Assembly: GCA_038108555.1 (NCBI GenBank)
Contig: JAYNIA010000024.1
Span: 1 to 36,231, forward strand
DNA length: 36,231 bases
Direction of reading: 5' to 3'
Source: Nitrospinota bacterium
GTDB taxonomy: Bacteria > Nitrospinota > Nitrospinia > Nitrospinales > VA-1
The notes under the pieces were generated by a model. That model was not told the origin of the DNA and did not search any database. It saw only the letters and a program-made list of their open reading frames with translations. This document shows positions 27,921 through 36,231 of this stretch, one piece after another. The position numbers and the translations under genes were made by a program. Positions within the stretch are counted from its first letter, which is position 1, and every line of letters begins with the position of its first letter.

Positions 27921-28329
27921 AGTTTTTCCAACTGACAATGTCCATGTCAGTGCCTTCTCCTCCTTCCGCATTGTCGGCACCGTATGAAATTAAATCGTAT
28001 CCCCGGCCATCTTTTCCCGGAGACTCGTAAATATAATCATTTCCCCAAGGGTCTTTGGGAACATCTTTTTTAAGATAAGATTTAATGGCTTCGAGACCTT
28101 CGTCGCTGGTGGGGTACTTGTGCTTTTCCAATCGATAGAGGTCAAGGGCCTGGCCTAACAACTCGATTTGAGCCTGGGCGTCCTGTTGCCTCGCTTTATC
28201 AACACGCCCAAAGAGTTTGGGAGCAACGGCACCGGCAATCATGGCAATAATTACCATGACCACCAGAATTTCAATCAAAGAAAACCCTTTTTGGTTTAAG
28301 ACTTTACTGATTTTAAATTTTTCCTTCAT
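27913..28329 (-). CDS. gspG: T2SS major pseudopilin GspG
   Basis: QKG|FSLIEILVV, ALDLYRL, YPT..EGL, PKDPWGNDY and SYGAD..EGGEG. AAAGGA RBS. Confidence 0.96.
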   Translation of the reverse strand: MKEKFKISKVLNQKGFSLIEILVVMVIIAMIAGAVAPKLFGRVDKARQQDAQAQIELLGQALDLYRLEKHKYPTSDEGLEAIKSYLKKDVPKDPWGNDYIYESPGKDGRGYDLISYGADNAEGGEGTDMDIVSWKNFE

Positions 28330-28357
28330 ATACGTTCCTTTTTGGAATCCTTGTTTG

Positions 28358-29584
28358 TTAGAAAGGCATGCCTGAACCACCCATGATGGGAAGCAAAATA
28401 GCAATCACTATAAATCCAATCATAACCGCCATTAGTAGAATCATTAGTGGTTCAATCAGAGCTATAAGTTTTTTTATCGATGTAGCAACCTCTTTATCGT
28501 AAGTTGCAGAGACTTTTGTCAGCATTTCATCAAGCGCCCCGGAAGTTTCACCGACGGTAATCATATGGACTGCCATCGGAGGAAAGACCCCTGCTTCTTC
28601 CAGCGGGCCAGACAGCCCTTTACCTCTTTTCAATGCCTGTTTAAGGTTCAAAACAGAATTGGATATTACCCGGTTGATTAAAATAGATTGAACGATTCCC
28701 ATGGCCTGCAGAATGGGAACTCCGCTTTTAAGCAGTGTAGCCATGGTCAGGCTAAACCGGGAGACTTCTATTTTTTTTATCAAGGGGCCAAACATGGGCA
28801 GTTTTAACAATAGTGTATCCCATTTAAGTCTGCCTTTATCTGTTTTTAAATAAAGCATGAAGGTGGCAACCGTTCCGACAGTTCCAATGATGAGTCCTGC
28901 CCAATAGTTTGTTATCAGGGAACTGAGCCCGAGTAACAATTGCGTAGGTAGGGGAAGGGCTCCACCCATGTCTACAAATATCCTTGAGAACTGAGGAATA
29001 ACGAAAGTAATCAGGAAAATGACAACCCCGCAGCCAATGAGAACCAGAATGGCCGGGTAAACCATTGCCGAACCAATGCTGTTTTTCAGGTCTTCTGACT
29101 TTTCCATAAACATGCCGAGTCGCGAAAGGGTGTCTCCCAAAATTCCTCCGGCTTCACCCGCGCGGATCATATTGACGTATAATTTTGAAAAAACCTTGGG
29201 ATGTTCTGCAAGGGCATCTGCAAAAGAACTTCCGCTATGGACCCTTTTTCTTATATCAGCAAGTATTGCCGTGGTTTTTTCTTTCTCCGCAAGTTTCACA
29301 AGCGTGGATAAGGCTTCATCCAATGTAAGCCCAGAATCAATAAGGGTTGCCAGTTGCTGGGTGATGGTCATCAAGTCTTTGGTGGGAATGGGGGAGCCCC
29401 AGCTTGGCAAAGAAAAGCTGACTCCAGCAGAAAGTTTAGATGGACTTTTTCCTTCTGAAACTTTTACGGGAAAATAGTTCAGCTTCCGAATTTTTTGCAC
29501 AGCACCTTTATAATCGGAGGCGCTGATATCGCCTTCTACATATTTTCCGTTTTGGTCCGTGGCTTTGTAATAGTAAACCGTCAT
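28358..29584 (-). CDS. gspF: T2SS inner-membrane platform protein
   Basis: QLATLIDSG, AGEAGG, AMVYP, VGETSG and LIEP. Confidence 0.95.
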   Translation of the reverse strand: MTVYYYKATDQNGKYVEGDISASDYKGAVQKIRKLNYFPVKVSEGKSPSKLSAGVSFSLPSWGSPIPTKDLMTITQQLATLIDSGLTLDEALSTLVKLAEKEKTTAILADIRKRVHSGSSFADALAEHPKVFSKLYVNMIRAGEAGGILGDTLSRLGMFMEKSEDLKNSIGSAMVYPAILVLIGCGVVIFLITFVIPQFSRIFVDMGGALPLPTQLLLGLSSLITNYWAGLIIGTVGTVATFMLYLKTDKGRLKWDTLLLKLPMFGPLIKKIEVSRFSLTMATLLKSGVPILQAMGIVQSILINRVISNSVLNLKQALKRGKGLSGPLEEAGVFPPMAVHMITVGETSGALDEMLTKVSATYDKEVATSIKKLIALIEPLMILLMAVMIGFIVIAILLPIMGGSGMPF

Positions 29585-29619
29585 GGTTTGCCTTTTTCGT
29601 TTCTACGAAAGCTGTCGTC

Positions 29620-31329
29620 TTAGTTTCTATCGTTCAGAGTGACTCGGAGAATTTCTTCAACCGTGGTGATTCCCTTGATAACCTTGTCCCAGCCATCTTC
29701 CCTTAAGGTGGTCATTCCTGTTTTGCGGGCCTGATCACAAATGGTTTGTGCGGTGGATTTTCTTAGGATAAGTTCCCGTATTTCATCATCGATAACCAGG
29801 AGTTCGTAAATTCCACACCTGCCGCGAAACCCGGTCTGGCTGCATGCTTTACAACCTTTGCCATGATAGACTTTCATGTTTTCTTTTCCCAGTTGAGCCA
29901 TTTCGGCACGCAGGGTTGGGGTTAAAGGCGCTTCTTCTTTGCAATCCGGGCAAATCACGCGGACCAGCCTTTGTGCAAGCACACCCAGGAGGGCTGAAGA
30001 AATCAGAAAGTTTTCGATACCCATATCGAGCAATCTTGTGATGGCTCCCGCTGCATCGTTGGTGTGAACTGTACTGAAAACCAGATGGCCTGTCAGTGCC
30101 GCCTGGATGGAGATCTCCGCAGTTTCAGGATCACGAATCTCACCGACCATGATTACGTCAGGGTCTTGTCGAACTATGGAGCGCAGGCCGCTGGCAAAAT
30201 TGAGTCCGATTTGAGATTTAACATGAATCTGGTTGATACCTCGCATCTGGTATTCCACCGGATCTTCAACGGTGATGATTTTCTTGTTCGGCGTGTTGAT
30301 TTTGCTTAAGGCTGCATAAAGGGTTGTGGTTTTTCCGCTACCGGTAGGGCCGGTGACCAGAAGTTTGCCGTAAGGTTTTTGAATCAGCGTTTCCAGTTGC
30401 TCGTGAACCTTTTTCGGGAAGCCCATTTGGCTGATGTCTAACACCAGGCTGCCTCGATCCAGAATCCTCATGACCACACTTTCCCCATGCAGGGTAGGAA
30501 GCGTGGAAACACGCATATCGATGTCCTTGCCAAGAATTTTTAGTTTGATCCTTCCATCCTGTGGCAGTCTTCGTTCGGAGATATCCAGCTTTGCCATAAT
30601 TTTGATTCGAGTGGTGATGGCGGAACTCAGACGCTTGGGAGGCGAATCGAACTCGTGAAGGATTCCGTCAATTCGATACCGCAATAGAAGCTCATCCGCA
30701 AAAGGTTCCAAATGGATATCACTGGCGCGAGACTCAATGGCTTCGCTGATGATGTGATTCACCAGTTTGATAACCGGTGCTTCCGAAGCCATGTCACGGA
30801 TATGCTCCGTACTTTCATCGTCGGAATCCAGGCCGTGAAGGTCATCGTCTTTGATATCTCCCACCATGCGGTCCATGGCGGAGCTGCCCCCTTCACCGTA
30901 ATGGGCGTCTATGGATTCCAGAATATCCTGCTCACTGCTTAAAACAACCCGGATGTTTTTTCCAAGGGATACTTTTAAATCTTCGATAGTGTAAAGGTCA
31001 AAAGGATCGAATACAGCAATGACCAGAGTGTCGTCTTTCAGTTGCAGTGGGAATACCACTTTTTCTCTCAAGAATTCTTCAGAAATCGATAATCCCTCAA
31101 CAGGAAGTCCGGACTTGGGGTACTGATCTTTTTTGACATAGGGCAGTCTCAACTCAGCACTTAATGTTTCAAGTAAAGTTGTGGAATGGATATATCCATG
31201 ATCGACCAGAGTTTTACCCATGTAGCTGTTTGAATGCAGGTTGCCTGATTTGACTTCCTGCAGCACTTTTTCTGAGATCTTTTTATGTCTCAGTAATATT
31301 CGCTCTACGGGATTGACTTTTTTTAACAT
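29620..31329 (-). CDS. gspE: T2SS secretion ATPase
   Basis: ASDIH, RLPQDG, GPTGSGKTT, EDPVE, RQDPD.IMVGEIRD and the tetracysteine motif CPDC...CKAC. Confidence 0.96.
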   Translation of the reverse strand: MLKKVNPVERILLRHKKISEKVLQEVKSGNLHSNSYMGKTLVDHGYIHSTTLLETLSAELRLPYVKKDQYPKSGLPVEGLSISEEFLREKVVFPLQLKDDTLVIAVFDPFDLYTIEDLKVSLGKNIRVVLSSEQDILESIDAHYGEGGSSAMDRMVGDIKDDDLHGLDSDDESTEHIRDMASEAPVIKLVNHIISEAIESRASDIHLEPFADELLLRYRIDGILHEFDSPPKRLSSAITTRIKIMAKLDISERRLPQDGRIKLKILGKDIDMRVSTLPTLHGESVVMRILDRGSLVLDISQMGFPKKVHEQLETLIQKPYGKLLVTGPTGSGKTTTLYAALSKINTPNKKIITVEDPVEYQMRGINQIHVKSQIGLNFASGLRSIVRQDPDVIMVGEIRDPETAEISIQAALTGHLVFSTVHTNDAAGAITRLLDMGIENFLISSALLGVLAQRLVRVICPDCKEEAPLTPTLRAEMAQLGKENMKVYHGKGCKACSQTGFRGRCGIYELLVIDDEIRELILRKSTAQTICDQARKTGMTTLREDGWDKVIKGITTVEEILRVTLNDRN

Positions 31330-31335
31330 GGCAAT

Positions 31336-32136
31336 TTATCTTCCTGAAATATGAGTGGCCACCGGTACTGTGCCAGATGTCTCCGCTCCTGAAATTCGGA
31401 AAACGGGGGCGGGTGCTTTGGTTACAGGTGTCGGAATGCGACTGGGCTTTAGCTTGGGTTTGGGCTTTGCCGTCGTAGTTCTAACCGGACGATTTTTCAC
31501 CGGAGTGGCGGTAAACTTTCTTGGGTCATATTTTTTATTTTTTTGAAACAATGATGTCCCTTCCCGATGAATTACCTTTTCGGGAGAACGTTTGGCTAAC
31601 CGAATCCGTACCACTCGGCCTCTTTTATCATCAAGCGTTACACTGGTTTTATCGATATCCGTCAATTCAAAATCTCCTACAACTTGTCCCAGAGAATATC
31701 CTTTTTTCTTCACACTTTTTTCTACGGGCCGGTTTCCCTGAATCGACCAGTATTTTCCCTCTAGGATAGCAATTTTTGTGCCTCCCAACATCAAAATCCC
31801 TTTAAGGGCAAGGTTTGGAGGCGGTACTGAGGGTTTGTTGGGGGCTGGTGTTGCAACAGGTCGGGCCGCCGGGGGTGGAACATATTCCCGCCTTTCTTTT
31901 CTGAAAATATTGCCCTTAACCACCTGGTTGACCGTTCCTGAATTGTAGCCGGGTCTGCTAACTACCAAATTCTTCAGGGTTTTCGGCGGTTTCCCCACGG
32001 ATGCCCCATCCACGCGGGATGGGTATGCGGGATGCGTCCATATTCTGACCGACAATGTGGCCAGAGTAATTATGGTGAGCACAAAAACCAGATTGATCGC
32101 AGGAAAAAATTTATTCACGGGTACAGGTAACCCCAA
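31336..32136 (-). CDS. gspC: GspC/PilP-like protein (TM, Pro-rich linker, HR-like domain, basic Pro-rich tail)
   Basis: N-terminal TM segment, NIF...PPP linker, LALKGIL..GGTKIAIL...YSLGQVV...LTDID. First gene of the operon. Start TTG 32136 or GTG 32118. Confidence 0.6.
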   Translation of the reverse strand: MGLPVPVNKFFPAINLVFVLTIITLATLSVRIWTHPAYPSRVDGASVGKPPKTLKNLVVSRPGYNSGTVNQVVKGNIFRKERREYVPPPAARPVATPAPNKPSVPPPNLALKGILMLGGTKIAILEGKYWSIQGNRPVEKSVKKKGYSLGQVVGDFELTDIDKTSVTLDDKRGRVVRIRLAKRSPEKVIHREGTSLFQKNKKYDPRKFTATPVKNRPVRTTTAKPKPKLKPSRIPTPVTKAPAPVFRISGAETSGTVPVATHISGR

Positions 32137-32150
32137 GGTTTGCTCCGTCT

Positions 32151-32179
32151 AACTTAATGAATTTATTGACTTTTGTCAA
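32151..32179 (-). promoter_or_regulatory. Putative sigma70 promoter of the gsp operon, overlapped by the palindrome TTGAC-N4-GTCAA
   Basis: Minus strand: TTGACA (32179-32174), 17 bp, TAAGTT (32156-32151). The palindrome lies at 32166-32179. Confidence 0.5.
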
Positions 32180-32393
32180 GGTAATACAAAATTTTGACGG
32201 ATTTCCAGAATGGAAAATATGTCACAATTTAGGGTTTGCCATAGACAAATTCAACCCGGATCCGGTTTCAGATTAATTCAGGCCCTACTTTATTTGCGGA
32301 AAATTCGATGAAGACCTTTAAACAATTATAGTTGCCCCTTCAGCAAGGGAGGTCGGAAAAACGATTTTGAGAGAGTGTGGTTGGTTCAAATGA

Positions 32394-32448
32394 AAAGTAA
32401 AAAAGGCCGCATGCGGAAGGAAGGTGCCTTCCAACCGCAGCGGCCTTT
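32394..32448 (-). terminator. Long-stem intrinsic terminator after the exoprotein gene
   Basis: Minus strand AAAGGCCGC-TGCGG-TT-GGAAGG-CA-CCTTCC-TT-CCGCA-T-GCGGCCTTT, continuing TTTACTTTT. Confidence 0.75.
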
Positions 32449-32471
32449 AGTTTTAAAACAAAACTAAGGAA

Positions 32472-34668
32472 TTATTTCTTCCCTTTTTTCTTGGTTGCCC
32501 GGGAGTTGTTATTTCCCTGGTCATGAGGAACAGATGCAGAACAAGATGCCTGTGCGGTATTGCCACTTGCATCGGTCGCGGTAATCTCGATCGTGTAATC
32601 ACGTTGACCGAGGTTACCTGCTCTTTCTGCTCTCAAAGATACTTCATAACCTGAACTGGTACTATTTACTGTCCAGTCCGGATCGGTGTTTCCATCACCT
32701 GTGCCATTGATCGGCTGATTGCTGGTAACAGCAACGCTGAACGTAGCATCAGGATCAGCAATGTCGCTTACGGAACCCGTAGATACCAGAACCATTTTGT
32801 GGTTCGGGGGCCAGAGTTTATCCGTCAAGCAGGCGTTGCTGATATCAGGCGGAGTAGTATCTGTGATTGTCACAGTTTGTGTTTCTGTAGAACAATTTGG
32901 AGTCGGAATCGCTCCATCACAAGCTGTCCAGGTGACCGTAGTCGATCCTACTGGATAAGGACCGGCATTGTCGTTTGTCAAAGATACAACTCCTACCGCA
33001 TCCGTTGCACTGGTTACCGCAGCAATATCTACAGGAGTGGTTGGCCCCGTTGCTTCGACGGTAATGTCCTGCGTGGTGATAGCAGGTGGGGTGGTGTCAA
33101 CAACTGTTACGGTCTGTGTTGCAGTGGAACAATTTCCTGCCGCATCACATGCTTCCCAAATGACCGTTGTCGATCCCAAAGGATAAGGACCGGCATTGTT
33201 GTTTGTCAAAGTCACAGGTCCTACCGCATCCGTAGCACTGGTCACTGCAGCAATGTCCACCGGAGTGGTTACGCCTGTAGCTTCTACCGTAAGATCCGAA
33301 GTCGTAATGGCAGGTGCGATGGTGTCCTGAACAATGACCTGAACCGTGTCGGGATCACTGTCAACCGTTCCGTCATTTACTATCAGGGTTATGTTGTGTG
33401 TTCCTGCACTCAGATGTACACTTGGGTTTGCAACGGTGTCACCTGTAGACCAATTATAGGTCAACGGATCACCGTCCGGATCGGATGAACCGGAACCATT
33501 CAGCGTGACGTCAGAACCCGTAGGACCCTCCTGTTCTACCGTTTGATCCGGACCTGCGTCTGCAACCGGCGGTTGATTTGGCGGTGTTTCCCAGATCACA
33601 TCGGCAGTGTTGGAAGTTTGTGTTGTGCCGTTGCCGTCTATAAACGAAGCCACCACCCGATCTGTACCTTCATTGTTTCCGGTATAGGTGAAACTGACCT
33701 GTCCATTGGCATCTGTAGTACAACCGGCATTGTTACAAGTTCCACTGGCTCCTGCATTGGCACCATCCACCATAAAATCTACCGTTACCCCTGCAGCAGG
33801 TGCGAGAGGATTTCCATCTTCCGCCGTTGCGGTAAGCGTGTGTTGATCACCGGTTGTCAAAGTAGTATTGGGCGGATCTAGTTCGATATTTCCTTGAATG
33901 GTTACCTGCACCCCACCCAGCATGATGACATGATCGACTGAGCGGCCATCAAACTGCCGGTTGCCGTTATGATCGTGGTATGCCAGAACCTTAAGACCCG
34001 AAAATCCTGCAGGACCGGTGAAGGTGTTATGGTAACAACAATGACTCAATCCGGTGGTGCCTGGGGCTATGATGTTCATATCCGGAGTCGGGAAAATATT
34101 GGTGCTGTGACCCGTTCCTCCAATGGTCAAAGGGACAGGTAACCAGCCATAGCGGTTGGAAAGTCCGTTCTCCGTCAAAGCAAAGAGTCCACCTCCATTA
34201 TTATTGACGAAATCAGCAATGTCGGCTTGCCGGGCATTCAAAGCGGTCATTTGAGTTGAGGTTATTCCACCACCCGTATTTCTATTGTCGGATGGAATAT
34301 AAATCATTGCATAATCGGAAAAATTGGCATTTGCAATTTCTGTGGTAGTCCTGGCATGCGTGATTGCCACATTTGGGCCACCATGAGTTGGGGTATTCCA
34401 ACCATTTAGGGAAGAAAGCGCACGACCGCTGTTTACGCCAATGGCCAGAATACCGGAACCGCTGGATTGGGAGTTGTTCACTATAAAGCTCAGCGTTTTG
34501 CCGATCATCTGTCCGCAACGTGAACCTTCACAATGGCCGCCATCATCAGAATCATCACCGCTGAGTACGATGGGCCCCCCCCATTGCAGATGCTTGTCCG
34601 GCCGTGGCCAGAATGATTGCCAGCAAAAACACCGCAAGCAATGGAAGTCTTTGTATCAACTTTTTCAT
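32472..34668 (-). CDS. Large secreted multidomain protein (unknown N-domain, Big-like, PKD, two HYR-like repeats, C-terminal LWPPNHK domain); frameshifted as given
   Basis: AGGGAG RBS and ATG 34668 give the signal peptide MKKLIQRLPLLAVFLLAIILATAGQASA, which is one base out of frame with the body at the G8 tract (34575-34582). The body has TTDANGQVSFTY, NQPPVADAGPDQTV, DTTPP repeats and LWPPNHK...LRAER. Confidence 0.85.
32860..33326 (-). repeat. Intragenic tandem duplication, about 228-nt period (two HYR-like Ig repeats)
   Basis: GGATAAGGACCGGCATTGT.GTTTGTCAAAG occurs at 32953 and 33181. The protein repeat is TVEATG.TTPVDIAAVTSATDAVG...NAGPYP.GSTTV.W.ACD. Confidence 0.9.
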
Positions 34669-34712
34669 TCTTTTCTCCCTTTTGAGATTGTTAAAATTAG
34701 TTAGAAATTTTT

Positions 34713-35825
34713 TTAGTTGTTTTCAGAGTTTTCAGATTCGATTTGTTGCGCGGCGGCTTCTTCGGTAGCCAACTCTGCTGGAATTAAATTTTCAGCGACG
34801 GCCTGAGCCAAAGTGGCCTGCGATTTTTCGTCGCCAGATAAAACCAGGGCGTTGATGATTTTCTGTTGCAGAACCGGCCCTCCATTTGCCGTAGCTTTAA
34901 ACAGTTCCCTAACTCCAATATCTGTTGCTATTTGTGCAAGACTAGCTGCAGCAGCATCTTGTACCAGAGGGTCGTTGCCAACGAAGGCTGAGGTCAAGGA
35001 GGTGATAGAATTAGCTTGTCCCAACTCACCTAAACTTTGCGCTGTGAGGGATTGGACCCAGGGTTCTTCGCTTGATTGCAGAAGGTTTGTCATTTTTACC
35101 GCTCCCCCTTGGGGATCCAGCTTTTTATAAGCCTCTAACGCTTCAAAAAAAACGTGACCGTTCCGTGCCTGATTGTATAAATCAGGTTGAATTAAAATGT
35201 CTCCCAACGCTTCCAGAGCTTCCTTAATTTCTTCTTCAGTTCCGGATTCCAACAATGTCTTGAGAATTCTTTTTGTCTCCAGCATTTTTCCCTGGAGTAT
35301 GGCATTGCCGAGTGGAGACTTAACGATGGCCAGCAATCGGAGTCTCACTGTATTAGTTTGTGCTTTTGATTTTAGTTTTTCCTCGCCTTTACCCCGATTT
35401 GTAATAACACTTCTGGGTAAAGCTTCTTTTCTGGAAAGCAGCATGACTTTGGTGAGGTTGGGTGTTTCATCTTTTCCTGTTGTGGGTTCTGAGGAATAGA
35501 AAAATACCGAGTTGACTCCCTGCAACAGTCGGTCAATGGTTTCCTTTAAAGTGAGGTCTTTAAGATTGATTTCTACAAACTCATCAAGAATGCTTGCGTC
35601 GGATGATTTAACGCTCAGTCCGGTAACCTGGACAATTCTCTCCATTACGTTTTTTAAAGAAACGTTTTTGGCCCGAATGGATATCCGGCGGGTTTCATTA
35701 TTTTTAAGAACTTCCAGAATACTTTGTTCCGACTTGAAGGCAGTTGTTGCCTTAGCCAGACAGGGAAAGATGGCGCTGAAAACTAAAACTGTAATGCAGG
35801 AAAATAAAAACCAAGAGAGCTTCAT
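34713..35825 (-). CDS. Exported protein with STN/secretin-N0-like N-domain and C-terminal HEAT repeats
   Basis: Signal peptide ending LAKA. RISIRAKNVSLKNVMERIVQVTGL...INLKDLTLKETIDRLL is STN-like. VQSLTAQSLGELG and VQDAAAASLAQI are HEAT-like. Confidence 0.78.
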   Translation of the reverse strand: MKLSWFLFSCITVLVFSAIFPCLAKATTAFKSEQSILEVLKNNETRRISIRAKNVSLKNVMERIVQVTGLSVKSSDASILDEFVEINLKDLTLKETIDRLLQGVNSVFFYSSEPTTGKDETPNLTKVMLLSRKEALPRSVITNRGKGEEKLKSKAQTNTVRLRLLAIVKSPLGNAILQGKMLETKRILKTLLESGTEEEIKEALEALGDILIQPDLYNQARNGHVFFEALEAYKKLDPQGGAVKMTNLLQSSEEPWVQSLTAQSLGELGQANSITSLTSAFVGNDPLVQDAAAASLAQIATDIGVRELFKATANGGPVLQQKIINALVLSGDEKSQATLAQAVAENLIPAELATEEAAAQQIESENSENN

Positions 35826-36032
35826 GGGAGGGGGTCGAGTTTTAACTAATTGATAAAATGAATTTTATGCCGGGGGTTTTAGCTTGGAAACTTTAATTAC
35901 CCAGCTTTTTTAAAGCGTGTGTATCTTACGAAATTTCAAGGTAAATTAATATCCCACAAATGTGGGGGGTGTTTGGATTAATGGATATACTTTGTTTATA
36001 ATTGCCCTTTTACTGAATTGGGAGAGAGTGAA

Positions 36033-36231
36033 TTGAGCGCACAGTCTTTGATGGATGAATTATTAAAATGTTTGCCGCTTCGGGTTTACGGTCGGGGTGC
36101 TGTATTAACCCTTTTGCGTGAAATGGGATTTCAGGTCAAAAACAAAACACCTCTGGAAGTTACGGATATTTACCGAGATGACAACTCCGGTGAGTTGGTT
36201 TGTAAAATAACTCCTGATGGCAAGGGAGATT
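36033..36231 (+). CDS. Hypothetical protein, 5' part (runs off the window)
   Basis: GGAGAG RBS, TTG 36033 or ATG 36051, and an open frame MDELLKCLPLRVYGRG... to the window end. TATAAT at 35997. Confidence 0.6.
   Translation, partial: MSAQSLMDELLKCLPLRVYGRGAVLTLLREMGFQVKNKTPLEVTDIYRDDNSGELVCKITPDGKGD

Noticed and set aside
20423..32136. Type IV pilus or competence cluster instead of T2SS
   Set aside because: It has GspG (PKDPWG) and GspK signatures and no PilT. The missing prepilin peptidase is commonly encoded elsewhere.
32394..32448. Long interrupted hairpin as an ncRNA or riboswitch
   Set aside because: Its position after a stop codon and the following U-tract are adequately explained by an intrinsic terminator.
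32860..33326. Repeats as a CRISPR array or DGR template/variable pair
   Set aside because: They are in-frame coding repeats with mostly synonymous-type differences, with no spacers, cas genes or reverse transcriptase.
34583..34637. ORF-track start MRCFCWQSFW for the exoprotein
   Set aside because: It is an off-frame reading of the true signal peptide that starts at 34668.
400..35853. Numerous short antisense or alternate-frame ORFs in the track (for example 16011..16613, 17738..18310, 20712..21236, 32799..33488)
   Set aside because: They are shadows of well-supported genes and have no recognisable motifs.

Overview
This is a gene-dense bacterial chromosomal window with no rRNA, tRNA, CRISPR array or mobile element that I can see. 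Gene content and style are compatible with a Nitrospinota-like Gram-negative organism; that is an unverified inference. From left to right it holds: (1) a GT2 glycosyltransferase and an exported HEAT-repeat protein, converging on birA; (2) a 41-aa lipoprotein missing from the ORF track, with its own terminator; (3) a three-gene unit around a DUF512/Mmp10-like radical SAM enzyme; (4) an orphan gene with a consensus sigma54 promoter, divergent from an operon of XRE regulator, membrane protein, class A PBP and SPOR protein; (5) a heterodimeric ABC exporter and a cNMP-binding protein; (6) a minus-strand sulfur cluster, cysK-thrC-moaD/cysO-moeB-cysM-[2Fe-2S] ferredoxin; (7) a type II secretion operon gspC-E-F-G-H-I-J-K-L-M-D whose secretin is a lipoprotein with an SH3b-like domain; (8) directly upstream, a two-gene unit encoding an exported STN/N0-like plus HEAT protein and a large Ig/PKD/HYR-repeat exoprotein. 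The exoprotein's signal peptide is out of frame with its body because of a G8 tract. The best leads are this possible T2SS cargo/adaptor pair with its poly-G switch and the putative B12-dependent radical SAM unit. All family calls come from motif recognition by eye; no database searches were run.
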